A stretch of 63,786 nt of DNA, counting the filler, from Octopus bimaculoides (lineage: Eukaryota), in assembly GCF_001194135.2 (NCBI RefSeq). It is 4 parts of 4 records of this genome, joined end to end, with 100 filler letters (N's around TTAATTAATTAA, not from the genome) between each part and the next. Parts side by side here need not be neighbours in the genome. Positions count along the whole stretch, not along the records: positions 1 to 15,697 come from NC_068996.1; positions 15,798 to 26,508 come from NC_069010.1; 2 more parts are not named here. One strand, given 5' to 3'. Shown here in pieces: positions 12,660-23,168 of this stretch. Within the stretch, counting starts at the first letter, position 1. Every line of letters begins with the position of its first letter. The notes under the pieces were generated by a model that saw only the letters and a program-made list of their open reading frames with translations, did no database searches and had not been told where the DNA came from. Both the position numbers and the translations under genes were made by a program.

Positions 12660-12860
12660 TTAACGTCTGCTTTCCATGCTAGCATGGGTTGGACAATTTG
12701 ACTGGGGACTGGTGAACCAGATGGCTACACCAGGCTCCAATCTGATCTGGCAGAGTTTCTACAGCTGGATGCCCTTCCTAACGCCAACCACTCCAGAAGT
12801 GTAGTGGGTGCTTTTTACGTGCCACCGGCACAGGAGTGAGACCGCTATTCTGGCACTGGT
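12628..12860 (-). mobile_element. 5'-truncated RTE 3' UTR copy
   Basis: (ATC)n tail plus tttaacgtctgctttccatgctagcatggg...gatgcccttcctaacgccaaccac. Confidence 0.9.
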
Positions 12861-13131
12861 GCCGCTTGGATGTTGCTGTCATCAAATGGATGATGGTGCC
12901 AGTCATCAAATTTGGTTCAGTTTCAATCTCACTTGCCCCAAGAAGTCTTCGCAAGCTGAGTTTAGTGTCCAATGAAGGAAGGTTGGCATGGGTGCCAGTC
13001 ATCCTCCCACTCCCTGCTCCTTGCTTTACAAATGTCTGTCATAGATCCTAATGCTCAGTTATCTTTATTATTAAGTTAAAAAAAAAAGATAAACTCATTG
13101 TATTTATTTTTTATTATCTTTTATTTTTCAG

Positions 13132-13172
13132 ACAAATAAATTGGCCTGGGCTTTGATTATACCCACAAAAAG
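13132..13172 (+). CDS. THOC6: THOC6 internal coding exon, phase 0-2
   Basis: ttatttttcag|...|gtaaag; TNKLAWALIIPTK aligns positionally with human GCKELWRRQPPYR; phases link both neighbours. Confidence 0.8.
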
Positions 13173-13599
13173 GTAAAGCGGCAAAGATATATCACCTTTG
13201 GCTTGTTTTATTTTGGTCGTAATTAAATATTTTTAATGGTTTTAGCATTAGCACGACCTTTGAACATGAAAGACAGAATTAAAATTTGTTTCAAGAGAAA
13301 AATCAGGTTGTTTTTGCTGTTGCTGCGAGAGAGAGAGAGAGAGAAAGTGTGTGTGTGTGTGTGAGTGAAAGATAGATAGATAGGTACATAGTTGTCACCA
13401 TAACACCATAGTAACTAATGAGACTTTCACTGTATACACATGAATAACAAATGTTTTTAATGGCAGTGTAGTGATGGGTAAAGACCTAGTGATAATAATA
13501 ACAGAACTGCAAAGTGTACAAGAAAAAACTTATGCATGGTTTAGATAGATTTTTAAAAGGCTTATGACATGTCACATTTGTGAATGCTGGAAATACTCA

Positions 13600-14870
13600 A
13601 CATGTGTCATGCTGAGAATGTGTGTGCACTAATCAAGAACAGCATACCTAGTTGGAAAACATGTCTTTTCTGTAACAATCAGCACTTAGCCAAAGTAACG
13701 ACCAAAAGAGGTATCTTCCAGGGAGGTTTTTGTTCACCTTTGTTATTTGTTATAGCCTTGGTCCTCTTTTCTATGCAAAGTCAACATATATTATGAGCTG
13801 AAGAAAAACAGACCACATCTCAACATCATGGATGATTTAAAACTGTCCACAAAAACAGAGAGTGACATGGAGAGGCTGGTTGAGACTGTATAGACGTGTA
13901 GCAAGGATATAGGGATGGAATTTTGGATCCCTAAGTGTGTGGTGTTCAATTTGAAACGGGGAAAAAGAGCAGATTGCAGGGGCATAAAACTTCCAAACAT
14001 AGAGCAAATAAGAGAGCCAGATGATGATGGATACAAGTACCATAGGATTCTGAAGCTGGACAATATCTTGCATAGATATTGAAAGACGTTGCATAGACAT
14101 TGTTATGGAAGACAATGTCACCATTACATATTTGAATCGCCTCAAACTTCTCTTGAAGTCAAAACTCAATGTAAAGAGCCTTGTGACTGTCATTAACATA
14201 GGCTATTGCTGTAGTCTGCTGTAGTGCACCCATTCTGAAATGGACACAAGCATAGATTTACCAACTTGATTGCACTATTTGAAAGGCGATGACAGTGCAT
14301 GGTGCCCTCTACCATAAGGGGTACATACACAGGCTGTATATGAAGAGGGATAAAGGTGGATGTGGCTTGGTTAGTGTATGGAAATGCATCAACAGTGAAA
14401 GAAGAAATACCATAGAGTATTTGGTAAACAGCGAATAAGACCTGCTACAGTATGCTGCTAATGCAGAAGAATTTACCAACAATGGACTTGAGTGTGCTGA
14501 TGAATTCCAATCATAAATAACCAAAGAGAGAGAAGAAACTCTACTCCACATGGAATTACATGGTCAGTTCCACCATGAAATTTACAACTTAAAAGACCAG
14601 AAAGCAGCAATGGTGACCTCAAAAAAAAGGACTGAAAACCTAATCATCACTGCCCAGTCCTGGGCATTGAATGCCAACTCAGTGAAAAGGGATATATACA
14701 ACACAAGAGTGCAACAAATTTGCAGAATCTGTAGGAAGAAAGTTGAAAGCATGGCTCACATCATTAGCGCTTGTGGAAGTCTTGTGCAGAAAGAGTACAA
14801 GTGTAGACACGACCAGGTAGCTCAAAACCTTCACTGGCTACTATACCGGAAGTATGGATAAATTGCTGTC
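13600..14870 (+). mobile_element. Decayed R4/Dong-like (restriction-like endonuclease) non-LTR retrotransposon
   Basis: RGIFQG..SPLLFVIA, HLNIMDDLKL, GYKY, then CCHC knuckle CRICRKKVESMAHIISAC and RHDQVAQNLHW; frameshifted. Confidence 0.8.
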
Positions 14871-14959
14871 TGTCTGAGGTCCTTGTTGTGACTTGATAGA
14901 AAGTACAAATCCCTGAATGGCACTTTTAAATGGGTGGCACTTTTGGGTCAGCTGTAGGC

Positions 14960-15041
14960 AATATGTGTTTTTTGTGGGGCCTGGGAGGGCGGCAAACGGA
15001 AGGGCCGCCCCCAGGTGGCACACACTCTAGCTATGCTAGTG
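14960..15041. mobile_element. Possible DNA-transposon/MITE terminus with GC hairpin
   Basis: gggcggc-aaacggaagg-gccgccc stem followed by cacacactctagctatgctagtg; no partner end found. Confidence 0.3.
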
Positions 15042-15131
15042 TGAATACTGTGCAACATCTTCAACAACAACAACAACAATATAGTAGTAGTAGTAATAGT
15101 AGTAATTTATTGTTTTGCTTTCTGTTTGCAG

Positions 15132-15174
15132 CTTTTCTGTTTCTGAGATTAATTCCATGGTTACTGATAACAAG
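15132..15174 (+). CDS. THOC6: THOC6 internal coding exon, phase 2-0 (last one recognisable)
   Basis: tttctgtttgcag|...|gtaagt; (S)FSVSEINSMVTDNK versus human TSLEVPEINALLLVPK. Confidence 0.9.
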
Positions 15175-15454
15175 GTAAGTTCATGTTGTAGAAATTTTCA
15201 CTTTATATTTTTTAAGTCTTGAGTTTTTATCATTTTGCTTTTGTGAAGGTGTTTTTTTGAAACACTATGAACATCATTATCAACCATGGCTTCTGTTAAA
15301 CCAGCCAACCCATGCCAGCATGGAAGACAGTTGTTAAATGATGATGATGATGATGATGATGACACTGGTAAAGAAGATGAGTGTGTGTGTGTGAGTGGTG
15401 TATGTGTCTATGCATGTAGGTATATATATATCATCATCATCATCATCATATATA

Positions 15455-15697
15455 TATATATATATATCATCATCATCATCATCATCGTTTAACGTCCGCT
15501 TTCCATGCTAGCATGGGTTGGACGATTTGACTGAGGACTGGTGAAACCGGATGGCAACACCAGGCTCCAGTCCGATTTGGCAGAGTTTCTACAGCTGGAT
15601 GCCCTTCCTAACGCCAACCACTCAGAGAGTGTAGTGGGTGCTTTTACGTGTCACCCGCACGAAAACGGCCACGCTCGAAATGGTGTATTTTATGTGC
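15455..15697 (-). mobile_element. Young RTE 3' UTR copy cut by a scaffold join
   Basis: Near-identical to 17757-17960. Confidence 0.9.
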
Positions 15698-15797
15698 NNN
15701 NNNNNNNNNNNNNNNNNNNNNNNNNNNNNNNNNNNNNNNNNTTAATTAATTAANNNNNNNNNNNNNNNNNNNNNNNNNNNNNNNNNNNNNNNNNNNN
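15698..15797. other. Artificial scaffold linker 44N + TTAATTAATTAA + 44N
   Basis: Exactly 100 nt; the 12-mer has stops in all six frames; identical at 26509 and 46226. Confidence 0.97.
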
Positions 15798-17756
15798 ATA
15801 TATATATATACATATATGTATATATATGAGATGGGACAAAAATGCAATAGAGAACAATAAAGCATTTGGACAGATAGACGTTACAAAGGCGGACAGGAGA
15901 AATAACAATTAGAAGGACAGGGAGAAAAAGGATGGGTCATTCATGTCCTTCCTTCCTCAGTCAAGCTACCAGAAGTTCTTACTGTTTCAGGCAACACTTA
16001 AAGAGACAGGTGTGTGTGTATGTGTGTAAAATATATGACAATGGTACAAAATGAAGGGTGGAGGAGGATTGAGTAATCTTTCAGGTTTTTTTTTTTTTTG
16101 TTGTTGATGATGATGGTGATATAAATAAATAAATAAATGGAATAAAAATATTAAAAATAATAATAATTCTTTCTGATTTTTGACTCAAGTCCAATCATGT
16201 TACTTTATTTTCCATGCTGAAAAAATGTAAATTTCACAAGCAGGCTGTTCCGTTGATCAGATCAACTGGAACCCTCGTCGTCGTAACCGACGGAGTGCCA
16301 ACCAACAACCAACATAGTGGGACTGAACCGAGAACCATGTGGTTCGTTAGCAAACTACTTACCACACAGCCACTCTCACGCCTATGTAAGCAATGTACCT
16401 AAGTTCCTCATCTCTTGAATATAGAACTGTATTATAAAATTCACATGAGATTTTAACGAAAGATTTCAATTAAGAACATTTTAACTCTGTGAGTTTGAAT
16501 CATAGAATCTACCAAGAATAGTTTCAGATTGGTTGGTCTCAAAAGGGTTAAATAAAATGGATTTTTAAGCTGGAAATGTTTAAAAAGGGCAGAAATTAGT
16601 CGGATTAATTTCATGCCAATCTAGTTAGAAAGCAGCTTTGTCAAACAATATACAATGGAATGAGAGAAAATAACAACAAACAAACATGCGTGAATAAAAA
16701 CATCTTGTAGTATTTATTCTGCCCGAATTGCACAGACAATTCCTTGCAACTCGTGCCATTGGAAATAGATACCATGAACAAGTAATTAGCAAGTTATTTT
16801 GCATAAAATGCTTGTTATATAAAAAAAATGAAATAAATAAATAAATAAAAATTTACAGATTTTGAGTTCTCATAAGGATCGGTTTCATTAAATATGTATC
16901 CAGTACTGTCTGAGAAAGGTTAGTAAATAGATAATTTAGGAATGAGAAGTGTTGTTCGTGCCATTGGGGCTATGACAACTTCTCTAGTGTTGGTGCTATA
17001 AAATGTATTCAGTACAATCTATAAAGTGGTTAATTAAACACGGGGAGACAAGTTAGGATTTGAGGGGGTGTTACCAATCTGGTGAGGATATAGCAACCTC
17101 TATAGTGTTAGTTCGGTAATGATATGTATCCAGTACTCTCTTTTAAGCGGTTAGTACACAAGGGGAGAAGATAACTTAGAAGTAAGAAGTGTTGCCAGTT
17201 CTGTTGAGGTCATGACAGGGCCCACTATTACCAGTGCCACAACTATACTATCGATATTAATACATTCTGTAAAATGGTTGGTGTTAAGAAGGGAATCCAA
17301 CTATAGAACCTCCAAAAGGAAACATAAACTAGATATGGTCCCTTGACCTTTTTTTTGGCGGGCAATATCTCTGATTAAAGAATTGAATTGCAACATGTCT
17401 GTCTGTCAAACCCATGCCAGCATGGAAAGCAGATGTAAAATGATAATGAGTATGATGATGAGGATGCAAAAAATTATAGGATTACTGGGGACACCATGGA
17501 AGACTTCATCATAAAAGGTGCGTCTCATAATGTTCGTTGGGATGGTGGGGGTGGGAGGGGATTAAGCCAGGGGAGACCGCAAGAAACCACAATCACCCTT
17601 TTTCTCTCTTCTCTTGTGCCAGACTCTTTACTGTTTACTGTTTAAACCATCCCACATCCAGCTTAAATATTCTACCAGTTTTGTGCTCAAACCAGCCTAC
17701 AATGTCATTGTAAAAGTAAACAATCACATAAAAATCTTGAAGCTACGAGACGATGT

Positions 17757-18207
17757 ATCATCGTTTAACGTCCGCTTTCCATGCTAGCATGGGTTGGACG
17801 ATTTGACTGAGGACTGGTGAAACCGGATGGCAACACTAGGCTCTAGTCTAATTTGGCAGAGTTTCTACAGCTGGATGCCCTTCCTAACGCCAACCACTCA
17901 GAGAGTGTAGTGGGTGCTTTTACGTGTCACCCGCACGAAAACGGCCACGCTCGAAATGGTGTCTTTTATGTGCCACCCGCACAAGCCAGTCCAGGGGCAC
18001 TGGCAACGATCTCACTCGAAAATCCTACGGGAGCCAGTCAGGCGGTACTGGCAACGGCCACGCTCAAAATGGTGCATCTCATGTGCCACCCGCACAAGAA
18101 CCAGTCCAGGGGCACTGGCAACGATCTTACTTGGCTTGCCGGGTCTTCTCACGCACAGCACATTTCCAAAGGTCTCGGTCAGTAGTCATCGCCTCGGTGA
18201 GGCCCAA
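17757..18207 (-). mobile_element. Young RTE 3' UTR copy with a multi-unit hairpin array
   Basis: Same family as 2968-3318; repeated gtgccacccgcac and gccagt-N8-actggc units. Confidence 0.9.
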
Positions 18208-18452
18208 TGTATGATTAATTAAAAACAATGGGAATAAATAAGCATTACATTTAATAGTGTAATCATCATCATCATCGTTTAACATCCGTTACCTGGAAAC
18301 AGGTGAGAATTGGTGACAGGAACAGTATTAGTTCGTAGAATACCAGCTTCAATGAACCCTGTCCAACCCATGCAAGCATGTAAAACTGGACATTAAAATG
18401 ATGATTATACATACATATCTGTCTATCCATCTATCTATCTATATATATAGAA

Positions 18453-18491
<39 letters not shown>

Positions 18492-18507
18492 GAAAATAAT
18501 ATATGTT

Positions 18508-18730
18508 GGAAGGTGCATGGCTTAGTGGTTATGGTGCTGGGTTCATGATTGTAAGATTGTGGTTTCAATTCCTGGACTGGGCAATGCTTGTGTTCTTGAG
18601 CAAAACACTTCACTTCAGGTTGTTTCCAGTCCACTCAGCTGGCAAAAATGAATAATACTGTGATTGGCCAGCGTCCCCTCCAGGGAGGACTACATATGCC
18701 ATGGTATCAGGGGTAAACTGGCCTTATGAG
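18508..18730 (+). mobile_element. tRNA-derived SINE with CORE-like and V-domain-like modules
   Basis: Box A tggcttagtgg, box B gtttcaattcc, then gtgttcttgagcaaaacacttcac...ccactcagctggcaaaaatga and ctgtgattggccagcgtcccctccaggg. Domain names are from recollection. Confidence 0.65.
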
Positions 18731-19083
18731 TTTATGGGTAGGGAAGGAATGTTGGTCCTTTTTTGATGTATGTTGGTAGGTATGTATGTATGTATGTATG
18801 TATGTATGCATGTCTGTATGTATTATGTATATGTGTATGCATCTATGTATTTCTGAAACTATACACACACATATATATATATGTGTGTGTGTGTAAACAA
18901 ACTTATAAGCGCCACATGTGTTAGTAATCTACAGGAAATAAAGGAATTTACAAATGCAGGAAAGCTGTGAGGGCAGCTTAGAGAATCAGGTAAATACCCT
19001 TTAAAAGGTTGGAAAAATGTAGCCAGTAAGCTTGTGCAGGGTTCGATTCCTGGTGGATTCTTGCTGGCTGCTTTTTCTGTATG

Positions 19084-19132
<49 letters not shown>

Positions 19133-19436
19133 NNNNNNNNNNNNNNNNNNNNNNNNNNNNNNNNNNNNNNNNNNNNNNNNNNNNNNNNNNNNNNNNNNNN
19201 NNNNNNNNNNNNNNNNNNNNNNNNNNNNNNNNNNNNNNNNNNNNNNNNNNNNNNNNNNNNNNNNNNNNNNNNNNNNNNNNNNNNNNNNNNNNNNNNNNNN
19301 NNNNNNNNNNNNNNNNNNNNNNNNNNNNNNNNNNNNNNNNNNNNNNNNNNNNNNNNNNNNNNNNNNNNNNNNNNNNNNNNNNNNNTATATATATGTATAT
19401 GTATATATATGTATATGTATATATATGTATGTATAT

Positions 19437-19494
<58 letters not shown>

Positions 19495-19504
19495 ATATAT
19501 AATA

Positions 19505-21550
19505 CTAAGTTGTCTTGGTAATTTTGTCACGGATTTGCCTGCCATATCTTTTCAATGAACGGATAGCATCCACAATATTCTGCAGCTGGTCATCTTCCGG
19601 TTTGCTGTCGACATAGAACTGAAGATGGTAGATGCTTTTCTTCAGCAGCAGGTCCTTGTCCAGCGTATGTTCAACATTCAAAAGCTTCGTGCAAACCAGG
19701 GCGTAGTTCTTGTGCCAAAACGGTGGGAAATTATCATGCCAGCTGATGGCATCGCTGTATACTTGATAAGCAAGCAGCAACAGTTTTTTCTTCTCCTTCA
19801 CATTCTTGCTCAGTTCAGCAGTATCATACATGTGTAATGCCGTACCAATTTTTGCATTCCACATCTCGTCAGTGGCGACTTTTTCCCAAGACGTCTCTGC
19901 AAATCCAGTGTATGAGTGGGTCCAGTTGAAAGCAATGTAACCAGTCTGGCGAACCCATTTTTTCAACACCATGTGTTCCTTCTTTTGGACAAACTGTGAG
20001 CACACACCGAAAGGCCATAATTTGTAACCCTTCTTCCAGGAGGGCTCATATTCTTGCACCCCTATACAGGCAAATATTGGACCGTTTGCGTAATTAACAT
20101 TGAGGAATTTGGCAAAAGTGAACGATCTTCGACCATCTGGATGTCGCTTGTTTTTCAAATGCAAGAAATCACCAGGAAAATCAATACGGTTATGATGTTT
20201 GCGTAGCATAGGTAAAGCCCATTCATAGGTCAGTAGTTCTTGGTCGAAAAGCTTCAAGTCTGATCTGACGTTTTTGCAGAAATGTAAATAACCGAAAGTT
20301 GCCGATGACAAGTCTCCTCTTGTGAGAACGGTGGAATTTGGTGGGAAGCTGCGTAGGACGGTGTTGCTGAAGTCGTGGACCACCGTCGCGTTGCTTTTAT
20401 TGCAGTAGGTGAAGTTGCGGTGAACCTGAAACACCAAGAGGATCATCGAAGCGAAGAAGAACATACGTCTGAAGAAAGAAGACTTGATCTGATTGTTGAG
20501 GTCCCCGTATGTGAGAGATGCCAGAAACACAAGCACCATGCTAGCCTGCATCCAGAAGCGCTCGACAACGCCGAGAAACAGCGGATTGTCTATGTTGAGG
20601 TTAGCCCTCCATGAGAAAAACACCAAGTATGACACAAACATTAATAGATGCACAAGAGGACAGCTGTATCCAGTGTACAGGCGGCGCACTATGCACCACA
20701 TGGACATACCAAACAAGATGATGGCAACTGGAGTTAGAGTAAACCACTCATGGATCATGTAGAATTTTAACCCTGTTACGAGACCAAGCCCTACTTCATC
20801 CTTTCCCAGACTAAACGTACCATATTCTGATCGCATTAGATGAGTCCAGAACCCCATTACGGTCCGCTGGTCACCCCAAGTCCATTTTGCTACATTCAAA
20901 TGTGCACTTATAGGTAAGTATAGGTAAGGTAAAAGACCAAGAATGAAGGAAACCAAAAGGGACAATAAATTAGTCAGACGGAAGAGACCAGCCCGGTATA
21001 ATTTAAATATCACCCAAGGGATAAGGTAGAGGAGATAGACAAAGGATGTGTGCTGGTTGCACAAGCACAAGGCACTAACAAATGCACCGATGCGTGCTAA
21101 CTTCAGTTTTCTGGCTGGTTGCACGGCATTTTCAAGCATGAAACTGAGATAGGTGATAATTGACAGGAATAAGTTGTTCAAGGAAAACACTTCTGCCGTT
21201 ACAGACCAATGCCATGTTAGTCGGTTCACCGAGAATAGCGCAACAGCGAGCAAGGCGGCTGAAGGCTGTCCAGTCTCTTTGAGAATCGTGTGTGAGAGAA
21301 CGCCGCCGGCCACTGCCGAGAAGGTGGCCGTTAGAAGGTTTGCTCTCCAAGCAGGCGACCGGTAGCTGCAGCATTTAATGGCAAAGCTAGCCAGCATGGT
21401 GAATAGGGGGTATCCCGGAGGATGGGAAACCCCAAACTGACAAGCAGAGGAGAGCAGTTCACCAGTGTCACCCCCAGAAATGTCTGGATAGAGTGTTTTA
21501 ATATACAGAGAAAGCAAACCAATTGCCATGGTAATTGAAAAATAATCCAT
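19505..21550 (-). CDS. TMEM260: Protein O-mannosyltransferase TMEM260 orthologue (DUF2723, GT-C fold), 681 aa, intronless CDS
   Basis: Uninterrupted ORF from ATG 21550 to TAG 19507-19505; motifs GGDTGEL, HPPGYPLF, AEVFSLNN, LCNQHT, WTWGDQ, EYGTFSL, WRANL, GVVERFWMQ, WHKNYA match the recalled human protein over its full length. Confidence 0.96.
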   Translation of the reverse strand: MDYFSITMAIGLLSLYIKTLYPDISGGDTGELLSSACQFGVSHPPGYPLFTMLASFAIKCCSYRSPAWRANLLTATFSAVAGGVLSHTILKETGQPSAALLAVALFSVNRLTWHWSVTAEVFSLNNLFLSIITYLSFMLENAVQPARKLKLARIGAFVSALCLCNQHTSFVYLLYLIPWVIFKLYRAGLFRLTNLLSLLVSFILGLLPYLYLPISAHLNVAKWTWGDQRTVMGFWTHLMRSEYGTFSLGKDEVGLGLVTGLKFYMIHEWFTLTPVAIILFGMSMWCIVRRLYTGYSCPLVHLLMFVSYLVFFSWRANLNIDNPLFLGVVERFWMQASMVLVFLASLTYGDLNNQIKSSFFRRMFFFASMILLVFQVHRNFTYCNKSNATVVHDFSNTVLRSFPPNSTVLTRGDLSSATFGYLHFCKNVRSDLKLFDQELLTYEWALPMLRKHHNRIDFPGDFLHLKNKRHPDGRRSFTFAKFLNVNYANGPIFACIGVQEYEPSWKKGYKLWPFGVCSQFVQKKEHMVLKKWVRQTGYIAFNWTHSYTGFAETSWEKVATDEMWNAKIGTALHMYDTAELSKNVKEKKKLLLLAYQVYSDAISWHDNFPPFWHKNYALVCTKLLNVEHTLDKDLLLKKSIYHLQFYVDSKPEDDQLQNIVDAIRSLKRYGRQIRDKITKTT

Positions 21551-21563
21551 CTTTGGTTTCTTT

Positions 21564-21577
21564 ACAACAACAACAAC

Positions 21578-21608
<31 letters not shown>
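21564..21608. repeat. (ACA)n(ATA)n trinucleotide tract just upstream of the TMEM260 ATG
   Basis: Directly visible; explains the poly-I/V N-terminal extension in the ORF track. Confidence 0.95.
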
Positions 21609-21919
21609 GTTTCAAATTTAGGCACAAGACCAGAACAATAATATTAATAATAATAATAATAATAATAATACTGTTGATATGTTAGACTGTATAATTAAGA
21701 GTATACACACGCGTATAGCTGATGGTATATAATTAGAGAGAAAGAGACAGACAGACAGACAAGATATGTATAGCTTATTGGAAATATATAGTTGTGGGTG
21801 AATAAAAATTCATTTATGAAAAGAAAGAATATAAATATATATATATATAGTAGAATAAAAAAGAGAAATAGAAAGTTCTTGGTAGAGTATTATATGTTTG
21901 AAGCGCCTATCAGAGTTAC

Positions 21920-22253
21920 CTTGTGTAACCACCTAATAACTTTTGAACATCTAATTATTCAAGTGGAGAAAATGATCATTTACAATGTATATATGCAATA
22001 TTTACAGCATATAGAGATGCTCTGACAGGTTGAAGATGTGTGCTGTTGAATGTGTGTATGCAATATTTACAGGAGATTTTCCTGTTGGTTTTTTTCCTAT
22101 TATTATTGGGAACATATCACTGTGTGCTGTGTGTATTGATTACACTGGCTTGATCAATTTTTGGGGGGATCAGAGGAGGGAATCAGGAATCAGATGTTCA
22201 CAAGCATCCATCAACAGGTGAAGACAGCAATGATCAATTGGATGTATTGACAC
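21920..22253 (-). other. Putative TMEM260 5' UTR exon 2 with two upstream ORFs
   Basis: Acceptor tcgtcttttcgtttatattccag at 22254; candidate donor AAG|gtaact at 21919; uORFs MDACEHLIPDSLL* and MFPIIIG...HLYML*. Confidence 0.45.
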
Positions 22254-22349
22254 CTGGAATATAAACGAAAAGACGATTAAATGTTAAAATGGTTTTGGTG
22301 AGTCAGTATTGTTAATAAGGTTATATTATAATTGAGGTAAGCGACTTAC

Positions 22350-22430
22350 ATGCGTTTTAGGAAGAGCAGAAAGCGAAGGTGCGCTATTATTAAACTGACA
22401 GTCGAAGTGAAGAAAAGACGGCGGTGATAT
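22350..22430 (-). other. Putative TMEM260 first (non-coding) exon; 5' end undefined
   Basis: Donor cgcat|gtaagt at 22349 defines a 96-nt intron to the acceptor at 22254; CpG-rich context. Confidence 0.5.
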
Positions 22431-23129
22431 TGATTATAATGAAGATGGTGATGATGATGGTGGTGGTGAAGGTGGGATGATCACGAATAGGATGCTGATC
22501 ACTGGAAATATTAGAAAAAAAGAAAAGAAAAAAAAGAAAAACAAGTCAAGAGTTCTTGTGTTGTTGAAACGTCAGGTCTTCTCCGACCGAGCAGAACCAC
22601 GATCAAAGGCGTTCCAGCCGTGACCATCCCGTCTTCTGATGTCCTTTTTCGCACATAGTGTTGTGTAATATATTATAATAAGATGACTACATTATCGAAT
22701 ATTTAAAATATATATTTTTTTCAAGACGGAAGGATGCAGATTTGGCTGCTATTTCTAACACTTTTTTTCGCTCTCACTGTATTATTGTTTGATGAGATTT
22801 GAGCGAAGACAAACGGAAACGGTGACTGCTCCAAAACTATCCCGTTCTGCATAATTGAATATCTTCTCCATGTGATGCTAGTAAGTTAGTCATGGCCTGG
22901 GCTATTTCTGGCTAAAGTTAGACTAACTTAATATGGAGAGCTCAAAAGCGAGGAAAAAGATTTCGTTTCGACATTTATTATAAAAAAAAATAGGAGAGAC
23001 AACGGCGACCGGATGTTGTCTAGTGTCTGCAAAACAAATTTGTGAGACACTCCGCCAAAAGTCACCGGTATCCAGGGGAAAGACAACTTCGCCGAGTACC
23101 TCAACAGTCGTTCAATTGTTTGTATATAT

Positions 23130-23168
<39 letters not shown>

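Noticed and set aside
16711-16781. Possible next THOC6 exon YLFCPNCTDNSLQLVPLEIDTMN (pattern like DCQLHTMDLETGT)
   Set aside because: Lacks the conserved GGD, has a poor polypyrimidine tract, ends in a different phase from that expected, and no later exons follow.
17900-18140. CRISPR-like reading of the hairpin arrays, the 42-bp repeat or the 80-bp repeat
   Set aside because: Eukaryotic context, no cas genes, spacers not unique, and the arrays are embedded in retroelement 3' ends or are simple tandem repeats.
19505-21550. Bacterial horizontal transfer as the explanation for the intronless TMEM260
   Set aside because: DUF2723 has bacterial members, but this protein follows the metazoan sequence colinearly through the luminal C-terminal region, so retroposition is more parsimonious. 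A link to protocadherin glycosylation was also dropped, because cadherin O-mannosylation is by TMTC1-4, not TMEM260.
21551-21625. N-terminal extension MPKFETIIII...VVVVVKKPK of the TMEM260 ORF
   Set aside because: Starts at GTG and is translated microsatellite; ATG 21550 fits the homology, and the tract is probably intronic or UTR.
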